Below are positions 16,233 to 23,409 of a stretch of 23,409 bases of DNA, one piece after another. Source of the stretch: Oligoflexales bacterium (GTDB lineage Bacteria > Bdellovibrionota_B > Oligoflexia > Oligoflexales > RGVZ01); the NCBI GenBank assembly GCA_044236265.1, contig JBIIGV010000040.1, positions 1 to 23,409 of the forward strand, given 5' to 3'. Below the pieces are notes generated by a model that was given only the letters and a program-made list of their open reading frames with translations, was not told where the DNA came from and did not search any database. Position 1 is the first letter of the stretch; the number at the start of each line of letters is the position of its first letter. The translations under genes and the position numbers were made by a program.

Positions 16233-17306
16233 ATGAGCCAATCACCAGTCCGCGATTCAGCGTCGGCGACAGAAGTTGCAGACATGAGCATTCAGTCTGC
16301 AGCCGACACGACTGCAAAGCTTAAAGATAGCATTGCATCTGTAATTTTTGGACAAGAGGAGCTGATCACCGAGACATTAACGTGTTTGATCGCAGGTGGG
16401 CACATTTTGTTGACTGGTGCTCCAGGGCTTGCAAAGACGACGTTGATTCGCGTTTTTGCGAGAAGTCTTGGTCTTGTATTTGGCAGGGTTCAATTCACTC
16501 CTGACTTGTTGCCCTCTGATATTCTCGGCAGTGAAATTTTAAATATAGATCCCGAGACTTCGCGTAGAAGTTTTGAATTTTCCAAAGGACCGGTGTTTAC
16601 GAATTTATTGTTGGCCGATGAAATCAATCGCGCATCGCCTCGGACACAGTCCGCATTGCTCGAAGCAATGCAGGAGCGCTCAGTAACGATCGCCGGTAAA
16701 CGTCATATTCTTCCGCAGCCGTTTCTTGTTTTTGCAACGCAGAACCCATTTGAGTCAGAGGGGACATTCCCGCTTCCTGAGGCTCAGATGGACCGCTTTT
16801 TAATGCATACGTTGGTCGGCTATCCATCGCAGGACGCTGAACTGAAAATGCTGTCGTCACACGCTCAGGGCGAATTAGTTGGGGAAAAAGTAGATTGGTC
16901 CGCTAACGAAGATCGTCTGTCTCCGGGCACCCTTTTGGGTGTCATGAAGCGAGCTCGGCAGATCCACGTCGACCCCGCTTTGATTGCTGTGGTCAATGAC
17001 TTGGTGCGTTCCTCACGCCCTGAAGATGCGCTGTGCCCGAAGCAAATTAAAGACGCGCTTTGGTATGGTGCTGGTCCTCGTGCCGGCATCAGTTTGATTT
17101 CAGCCAGTCGTGCTTATGCCTTAATGTGTCAGAGTGAGGCAGTCCGATGGCAGCATATTCGCCGCATGGCGCGCCCCGTATTGCGTCATCGTATTCGTCT
17201 TGCAGCGCACGCTATGCGCGATGGTTTGACTGAGGATCAAGTTGTTGATCAGCTGTTGGATCGTGTTCAGGCTGATCGTGGCAATCAGGCTTTAGGTATA
17301 GATTAA
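16233..17306 (+). CDS. moxR: MoxR family AAA+ ATPase
   Basis: GAPGLAKT, RVQFTPDLLPSD, LLADEINRASPRTQSALLEAMQE and ATQNP..EGTFPLPEAQMDRF motifs. Confidence 0.92.
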   Translation: MSQSPVRDSASATEVADMSIQSAADTTAKLKDSIASVIFGQEELITETLTCLIAGGHILLTGAPGLAKTTLIRVFARSLGLVFGRVQFTPDLLPSDILGSEILNIDPETSRRSFEFSKGPVFTNLLLADEINRASPRTQSALLEAMQERSVTIAGKRHILPQPFLVFATQNPFESEGTFPLPEAQMDRFLMHTLVGYPSQDAELKMLSSHAQGELVGEKVDWSANEDRLSPGTLLGVMKRARQIHVDPALIAVVNDLVRSSRPEDALCPKQIKDALWYGAGPRAGISLISASRAYALMCQSEAVRWQHIRRMARPVLRHRIRLAAHAMRDGLTEDQVVDQLLDRVQADRGNQALGID

Positions 17307-17326
17307 TCTTTGATCGACGGCGCTTC

Positions 17327-18244
17327 ATGGAAAGTCATCTTAGTCGAAAATACACGCTTGCCGAGTTGGAGCCAGGATGGCCCGAAAACCTTGGGACGTC
17401 GCGTGTGAAGTCTTCGCCGCGGATGCATGGATCCTTGATCATGTCGCTGCGGCGCGTTTCGCGAAGTCCAGAAAATTCCCGCTTGTACGTGCACGGTGAT
17501 CCAGTGAGTCTGATTGACTGGAAGGCTTATGCGCGCACAGATGAGTTAATCATCAGAGAGCATCGTGATGAGGCTGCAGCGAAAATATCGATTGTCATCG
17601 ATGCCAGTGAGTCACTTTTATGGCCCGATCCCAAGGCACTTGATGAGCACGGTGGACTTGGACAAGTTCCTCAAAAAGTGGAGATTGCTTGTCGCGTCGC
17701 TCTATATCTGGCGCACGCTCATTTGACGATGGGTGACTTTGTTACGATTGCATTCTTGGATCGTGATGGCGATGTGACGCGCTCATGGATTCCGCGGAGT
17801 CCAGCTGATCTTATCGGTATGTATGAAATGTGTATGCGACAGGGCTTTGTTGAAGCACTGGAATCTTTGATGAGCATTGCCAAGTGGGTGCCTACCCAGG
17901 ACGACTGCGTCTGGTGGCTAAGTGATTTTTTGCGCGATGAACGATTACCTTCGATTTGGAGTACCCTCAAGCGCGTCGCTGTGTTGCATGTGTTTAGTCA
18001 TCTTGAGCTATCCACAGAATGGATGGATGGCTCAACAAGTTACCGTGATGAGTCTCGAGGCCGTAAAATTTATCTTGGTGATCAGTTAAAGTCAGGGCAG
18101 CAATGGGCTGAGGCCATAGATTCATGGCGGAGTTTTGTAAAACAGACGGTCACCCGCAGAGGTGGAAGTTATTTGGCGATAAACAACATGACCAATGTGG
18201 GTGATTTCTTTCATTGGTTGACCACGGAGGCCCTTGAATCTTGA
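17327..18244 (+). CDS. DUF58 domain protein (vWA-like MoxR partner)
   Basis: RLYVHGDP..IDWKAYAR, IDASES and LSDFL motifs; sits directly after moxR. Confidence 0.85.
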   Translation: MESHLSRKYTLAELEPGWPENLGTSRVKSSPRMHGSLIMSLRRVSRSPENSRLYVHGDPVSLIDWKAYARTDELIIREHRDEAAAKISIVIDASESLLWPDPKALDEHGGLGQVPQKVEIACRVALYLAHAHLTMGDFVTIAFLDRDGDVTRSWIPRSPADLIGMYEMCMRQGFVEALESLMSIAKWVPTQDDCVWWLSDFLRDERLPSIWSTLKRVAVLHVFSHLELSTEWMDGSTSYRDESRGRKIYLGDQLKSGQQWAEAIDSWRSFVKQTVTRRGGSYLAINNMTNVGDFFHWLTTEALES

Positions 18245-20844
18245 ACTTTCAGGCCTTTCAATCGATGTTTTCGCCGTCCATGATCAGCATTGCTGCTGGT
18301 GTACTGGTTGTAGGTGGCCTCGTTATATGGTGGATCGTCAGGAAGAGATTACGAGATTTCTGGCTTCCCATCGTAAGAATTTTGGATTTTCCGGTTAGTA
18401 GGCTTCCGCGGATAGTCCTGAAAAAACCACCATTGATTCCCTTTTTGATGTTTTTACTGGCCGCTTTGGCAGTCTTTATCTGGACACTGAAACCTCGTCT
18501 TCGCGTTTTCTCTGATTTTGAACCCGGGATGTCGCAAGTTCACATTTATGTCGACATGAGCCCATCGGTGTCAGCTCATGCTAACTTGGAACAACTTGGT
18601 AAAAAGTTGGTTTCGTTGCTTGAACAGGTTGGTTCTAAGTCTCGCGTCACGTTTGGCACCAGTCACGGCCCTGATATCTACGAAATGACGGGGGCGTCGT
18701 CGGCATCAGATTTGATCGCTGGCATGGGCTTTCACAGAGGTGGAGGTAAAATCGGTCCTGGCGTGCGCTCGCAGATTGCACGGATCGGAGAGGTTGATCA
18801 GCTTTTTGTATTGTCTGATCGTGATCAGCACAGTTGGGGTGGATTTCAGTGGCAGTACCTTTTAGTTGATTCTGACGTCAGACATGTTGATCTCTCTGAG
18901 AGTCAGATTGCAACGACTCCTAATGCTTTTATCCAGGATGCCCGTTTTACAAGCTCCCCCGGAGCCCTCACGATGGACTGGGAGATTGAAATATCTGAGG
19001 GAGCTTTTGTTCGTCCCGTATCTGGAACGGTGAAAGCGTCGCTTGCAGGGAATTCTCTTGCGTCTGCGACTTGGGAAATACCGCAGGGTAGGCGTTCTGT
19101 GTTAGTGAGTGTGTCATGGCCTGCTACATTAGTTCCGCGAGACGTTGTAGGTGAGCCTATTGAGTGGACGATTGAGGTAGAAGGTGGCGATGCCCTCAGT
19201 ATGGATAATAAATTTCGCTCCCCTGTCCTTGGTCGACGCGACCGCGTGGTGGTGGTTGGTGAGCCAACTGGTGAATTGAGACTTGAAGACGCTTTAATGC
19301 CACTTGAGACAGCTCTCCAGGTTTCAGGGTTTGAGGTTGAGCGATTCGATCGATGGCCTTCAAAGCAAAAAAACGAGGTCCCTGATGTGATTGCAGCATC
19401 AAGATTTCTTGCAGTCCTGACCGGCACGATTTCGTCTTTGGACTTGTGGTGCCCCACAGCGAGCGACAAGCTAGTTCCAACCTGGTTTATTCCTGATGTC
19501 AGTCAAAGTTCCTTCTCCGCCATGTGTCAATGCTTGACGCGCTTTTCTGTCGGCGTTTCTGCAGATATGTGTGGTGCTGGTTTAACGCGGGAGCAGTGGC
19601 TCGCGACGCTTGTCAATATTGGCGCTAAACAAATTGGTGGCGACATCGGCTACGCAAATCAGGCGATCGCCATGCGACTCAAAGGGCGTCAGTCGAACTT
19701 TGATTTTACGTTATTGACTGTTCCTCTTAGGCCGATTGCAAAGTTTGGATTAACTTGGGGATCTTTCCCGGTTCTGGTTCGGCAGCTTGCCGCATTCACT
19801 ACCGGGCAGGAGTCCATGGGTACGTCTGATGCCCAAGGTCTTCGCGGCCTTTGGCCAAGAATACCGGATGTTTCAGCGCTCTTGACAGGTGAGGCTGATG
19901 GAGTTGCATCAAGAACGCAGATCCTCAGGGAGACTAACGTTCCAGCCGGAGAGAGTATGATGGCACTCGTCGCAGCAAGTGATCTTCCTCCTTCATGGTC
20001 GTCTGTTGGGGATGTGGGGCGTGTCAAAGCGCCATCCAAGCGAGACAGCGAAGATCCTTTCCCATGGATTCGCTTATTGGTTGCTCTAGTCACCCTAGCG
20101 ATTTTAATTGAGTTGTTGTGGCTTTGGCGTCGACAGAAGCAGCGGCGTGTCGGGACGGTCATTTATCTAGTTTTGTGCGGTGCGTTACTGTTTTCAGCAC
20201 ACGAGAGCCAAGCTCAGGTTCGCTTGCAGTGGCTTGGTGTTAAAGCTGGTCCAGGCGCTGATTTTCAGACTCTTGCCAGGGAGGTGTCCTCGCGAACGAG
20301 TCTGGAGTTTTCGCCACAGGCTGAGTATGTCGCGTCATTCGATGAAACGGCGGCCCAATTTCCCTGGCTTTGGACCAGTAACCCGTCTGCATTGGCTGGT
20401 CGTGATGGCAAAATTGCAGGGATGGCGACTTTGTGGCTAAAGCGCGGTGGCATTTTAATCGTCGATAATAACCAGGGCGAAAAGGGTCTTGAAACGATCT
20501 TTGAACCACTTATGCAAGGAACGGTGAGGCCGACTGGGTGGATGTCCATTCCGCCGGATCACGAGCTCATGCGAAGTTTCTACTTATTGAACTCCCTACC
20601 AACTTGCCGTGGCCGTCCTTGGAAAATTTTTTCATTTGATGGGCGTGTCGTGGCCATTTCCACTCCATACTCCTTATTGGCTTCGCTTCAGGATCAGCCG
20701 GCTCGCTGGTCCTGTGAGTCCAATGTTGCCTATGAACAGCAGGTGCGCATCTTCGTCAATCTTTTGATGATGGCGTTTACGACAGACTACAAGCGAGATC
20801 AGATCCACTTGCCTGAGATCTTAAAGCGATTGAGGGTGCCCTGA
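18241..20844 (+). CDS. BatA-like N-terminus / vWA-like / C-terminal DUF4159 membrane protein
   Basis: N-terminal double TM ending in KP; VDMSPS and LSD vWA-like motifs; C-terminal WLKRGGILIVD, DHELMRSFYLL and VNLLMMAFTTDYKRDQIH typical of DUF4159. Confidence 0.75.
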   Translation: MNFQAFQSMFSPSMISIAAGVLVVGGLVIWWIVRKRLRDFWLPIVRILDFPVSRLPRIVLKKPPLIPFLMFLLAALAVFIWTLKPRLRVFSDFEPGMSQVHIYVDMSPSVSAHANLEQLGKKLVSLLEQVGSKSRVTFGTSHGPDIYEMTGASSASDLIAGMGFHRGGGKIGPGVRSQIARIGEVDQLFVLSDRDQHSWGGFQWQYLLVDSDVRHVDLSESQIATTPNAFIQDARFTSSPGALTMDWEIEISEGAFVRPVSGTVKASLAGNSLASATWEIPQGRRSVLVSVSWPATLVPRDVVGEPIEWTIEVEGGDALSMDNKFRSPVLGRRDRVVVVGEPTGELRLEDALMPLETALQVSGFEVERFDRWPSKQKNEVPDVIAASRFLAVLTGTISSLDLWCPTASDKLVPTWFIPDVSQSSFSAMCQCLTRFSVGVSADMCGAGLTREQWLATLVNIGAKQIGGDIGYANQAIAMRLKGRQSNFDFTLLTVPLRPIAKFGLTWGSFPVLVRQLAAFTTGQESMGTSDAQGLRGLWPRIPDVSALLTGEADGVASRTQILRETNVPAGESMMALVAASDLPPSWSSVGDVGRVKAPSKRDSEDPFPWIRLLVALVTLAILIELLWLWRRQKQRRVGTVIYLVLCGALLFSAHESQAQVRLQWLGVKAGPGADFQTLAREVSSRTSLEFSPQAEYVASFDETAAQFPWLWTSNPSALAGRDGKIAGMATLWLKRGGILIVDNNQGEKGLETIFEPLMQGTVRPTGWMSIPPDHELMRSFYLLNSLPTCRGRPWKIFSFDGRVVAISTPYSLLASLQDQPARWSCESNVAYEQQVRIFVNLLMMAFTTDYKRDQIHLPEILKRLRVP

Positions 20845-23237
20845 TGATATTTGCGATCATAGGTTGGGGTCTTGTCTGCGCTGGTTTGGGCTGGTTGTGG
20901 TTCCGCGATATGGGCTTAGTGAGAGCCGTTGGCGCCGCTATTTGCAGATTTTGTTGGACGCTGCCAATCGTTTTAAGTTTGTTTCCTGAGACGGTTACAA
21001 AACGTATCCCTGGCACGGTGGCGCTTCAGCCCGTACATATTTTGGTCGACGACTCGGAGAGTATGAAATCTCCAGACCCGACAGGTGGATCGTCCTCTGG
21101 AGCGGCTAAATCACTGCTAAAGCGGATTGATGATGCTTGCCTTCAGTTTGGATGTTTGCCGCGGGTGACCCTCTTGTCAGATTTAGGTTCAGAAACGTCT
21201 AACGGCTTTACTCCACTGAGTCGTGTCATTGAGCCATGGCTGTACAAAACAGGTGGTGAACCGTGGCTTCTTCTGTCTGATGGTGGAGATTTCAGACCAT
21301 CTATAAATTGGGATGATCGCCTGAAAGGTCGTGGCAACGATGTTTTGCCTTCTCGCGTCGCGGTCGATGAGGATGCTGAGAAGCGTCAGCGAACGGCTGG
21401 CTTAATTGCGGCCTTTGGCGCGCCCCGATTTCCAGGGGTGAGTGTGGAGTCGGTGGTGCTTGCGCCTCTGGCTTTTGAAGGCAAGACGGTGCAGATTGGG
21501 GCAACAATTGAGCGGGTTGTTGTTGATCAGAAAACCGGTGTGAAGCGCGCAGATCCGCAGCGAGTCCAGGTTCAGGCCTTGCTTGACGGTCGTATTGTCG
21601 CAACGACTGAGGCGTCTTTTGGTGTTGGATCAGAGGCTGCGACCATTGAGTTATCCTTTCCAGCTCCAAAACGAGGCCCTCACACGGTCAGTGTTAAGGC
21701 GCTCGCTATAGAAGGTGAGTTGGACACGTGGGATAACACACAGACGCGCGTGCTCGATGTGATGCCTAATACCGTGGGCGTTTTACATCTGCTGGGATCG
21801 CCGGCTTGGGATGGTCGCTTCATGCGCCGCTTTCTCAAGGCTGAGCCAAAATTTGATGTGATCAGTTTCTTCATTTTGCGAGATCCTTGGGATAGTCAGC
21901 AAGTCAGTGAGCGGGAAATGAGTTTGATCCCGTTTCCAGTTGAGCGTTTGTTCAAAGAAGAGCTGGTGAACTTTCGCGTGATCGTCATGCAAAATTTCAC
22001 TTTGATGAGATTTCTGCAGCCTGAATATCAAGAAAACCTGGCCCGCTTTGTGAAAGAGGGTGGTGGGCTTTTATTTATTGGTGGTCCGCGAGCGTTAACC
22101 GAAGCAGATACGACAAGCTCGTCCTTGGCCGGTTTATTGCCTTTTTCAGTACAACCAGGAAATGGCGGTCCTGCGTCGCAACCGCTACCTGGAGGTTTTG
22201 ACGACGGACTGGGTAGTATGGGTTCATCTTTTGACGCAGATGCTGCATTTAAAATAGAGATGGCAAATCCCGATCCCTCGGCACGAGCTTTGGCCAATGT
22301 TTATGAAAACTGGCTTGCCGTTGGTTCGCGACTCTCATCGGTGCAAACGATGAAGGGGCTCCATCGCATGGAGTCTATTAAGTTTCGTGATAAAGAGATT
22401 ACGCCGCTTCTAAATGCTCGGCTAAAGGATGGGCGTTCTGTTCCTCTGGCTGTGGCGTCCTATCCCGGTCGGGGACGCGCTCTCTGGATTTTTAGCGATG
22501 CAATTTGGCGCTTGGCAATGTCATCTAATCCTCTCAATGCGCGTTCTGACTATCATGCATTTATGGATGGTGCTCTAACGTGGCTGACCCGTGGTGATGT
22601 GCGTGGAACTCTGAGTGTTCGAAGCTTTCGGGTCTCTCATGCTGCCGACAACAGCGGAAAGATCAAGTGGCATGCATCATTTTACGGACCAGCCGCGCGT
22701 CACGTGAAGGCTGCTGGGAATCTACGCATCAATGTTTGTGGGGTGACGGTTCCGACTGATGCCGTATCGTTTGGGCCGCCCTCGGGAGATTCAGTGGAGG
22801 CAGAGGGTGATGTTTTGTCTAGTGTGCTCGAGGGGGCACTTTGCCAGTTACGGTTGGAGGCGGAGCACCCATCATTTGGTAGCTTAAACGTTTCCGGTTG
22901 GACTATGGTGCCGGAGACTTTACCAGACGTTAAAATTGGTCCGTCAACGATCAAGTTACGACAGTTGGCAGCTTTGACTGGGGCGCGATTTGTTGAGGCG
23001 GATTCGGAGCGTAGTCGTAAAATCGAGGAGTGGTTGCAGTCATGGGGTGTGGCAAATGGTAAGGCGTTGCCTGATAAAATGAAGTCAACCCGGGAGTTTT
23101 TCTGGCCATTAAATTTATCTGTGATCTGGATTTTGCTACTTTTAATTCCGATCGAAGTTCTGATCCGTCGTTGGCACTTGATTTCGGCAGGATTTGGTTT
23201 GAAGTCACGTAGTGCAGGGGACGAGAGTGATGGCTGA
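20844..23237 (+). CDS. MoxR-operon membrane protein with vWA-like and class I glutamine-amidotransferase-like domains
   Basis: LVDDSES and LLSDG motifs, Ig-like middle region ending E...DN, FVKEGGGLLFIGG, GRGRAL...WR, and a C-terminal TM ending EVLIRRW. Confidence 0.75.
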   Translation: MIFAIIGWGLVCAGLGWLWFRDMGLVRAVGAAICRFCWTLPIVLSLFPETVTKRIPGTVALQPVHILVDDSESMKSPDPTGGSSSGAAKSLLKRIDDACLQFGCLPRVTLLSDLGSETSNGFTPLSRVIEPWLYKTGGEPWLLLSDGGDFRPSINWDDRLKGRGNDVLPSRVAVDEDAEKRQRTAGLIAAFGAPRFPGVSVESVVLAPLAFEGKTVQIGATIERVVVDQKTGVKRADPQRVQVQALLDGRIVATTEASFGVGSEAATIELSFPAPKRGPHTVSVKALAIEGELDTWDNTQTRVLDVMPNTVGVLHLLGSPAWDGRFMRRFLKAEPKFDVISFFILRDPWDSQQVSEREMSLIPFPVERLFKEELVNFRVIVMQNFTLMRFLQPEYQENLARFVKEGGGLLFIGGPRALTEADTTSSSLAGLLPFSVQPGNGGPASQPLPGGFDDGLGSMGSSFDADAAFKIEMANPDPSARALANVYENWLAVGSRLSSVQTMKGLHRMESIKFRDKEITPLLNARLKDGRSVPLAVASYPGRGRALWIFSDAIWRLAMSSNPLNARSDYHAFMDGALTWLTRGDVRGTLSVRSFRVSHAADNSGKIKWHASFYGPAARHVKAAGNLRINVCGVTVPTDAVSFGPPSGDSVEAEGDVLSSVLEGALCQLRLEAEHPSFGSLNVSGWTMVPETLPDVKIGPSTIKLRQLAALTGARFVEADSERSRKIEEWLQSWGVANGKALPDKMKSTREFFWPLNLSVIWILLLLIPIEVLIRRWHLISAGFGLKSRSAGDESDG

Positions 23238-23409
23238 GCCAATCATCAAAGGCTTCATATTTGACTTTGATGGGACCATCATTGTTTCTGAAGATGTTCA
23301 CATGCGAGCCTGGGAGGATCTCTCCCGCCAGACAAGTCTTAAACTCCCACACGGATTTCTTGAGATGAGTGTCGGTATTGCCGATCATCAACTTGTCCGA
23401 ATTCTTTTT
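23230..23409 (+). CDS. HAD superfamily phosphatase (beta-PGM/CbbY-like), 5' part
   Basis: Not in the ORF track; hand translation MAEPIIKGFIFDFDGTIIVSEDVHMRAW... carries HAD motif I (DxDGT). Runs off the window end. Confidence 0.85.
   Translation, partial: MAEPIIKGFIFDFDGTIIVSEDVHMRAWEDLSRQTSLKLPHGFLEMSVGIADHQLVRILF

Noticed and set aside
18903..23391. Long minus-strand ORFs (188, 157, 180 and 146 aa) opposite the MoxR operon
   Set aside because: Antisense to well-supported genes, Ser/Pro/Arg-biased, with no motifs.
1..23409. CRISPR arrays, tRNA/rRNA, IS elements, prophage or retroelements
   Set aside because: No spaced direct repeats, cloverleafs, or transposase/integrase/RT motifs seen; intergenic gaps are all under 300 nt.

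Overview
Gene-dense chromosomal segment with no visible mobile element, CRISPR array, rRNA or tRNA. The gene content suggests a Bdellovibrionota/Oligoflexia- or Myxococcota-like predator or glider (inference only). From left to right: the 5' end of a FliA/WhiG-like sigma factor; a GltE/AglT-like TPR lipoprotein and a GltD/AgmU-like large TPR protein (minus strand); a divergent PilT-family ATPase with a long N-terminal extension; a 52-aa zinc-finger-like small ORF missing from the ORF track; an M17 aminopeptidase; CPBP protease-trmL-hisC; a PilZ-domain protein; a degenerate rhodanese; a gamma-carbonic-anhydrase-like protein and an ABC-2 exporter; a minus-strand Flp pilin / small membrane protein / DUF503 unit; and a MoxR-DUF58-BatA/DUF4159-vWA/GATase-like operon followed by a partial HAD phosphatase. 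The most notable observations are sigma28-like promoter motifs in front of the sigma gene, the glt-like pair, pilT and flp (a possible motility/predation regulon), an apparently duplicated PilT N-domain on a ~230-aa Pro/Ala linker, the C-x2-C-x12-C-x3-H microprotein, and a structured leader upstream of the orphan Flp pilin. All family calls come from motif recognition by eye; no database search was run.
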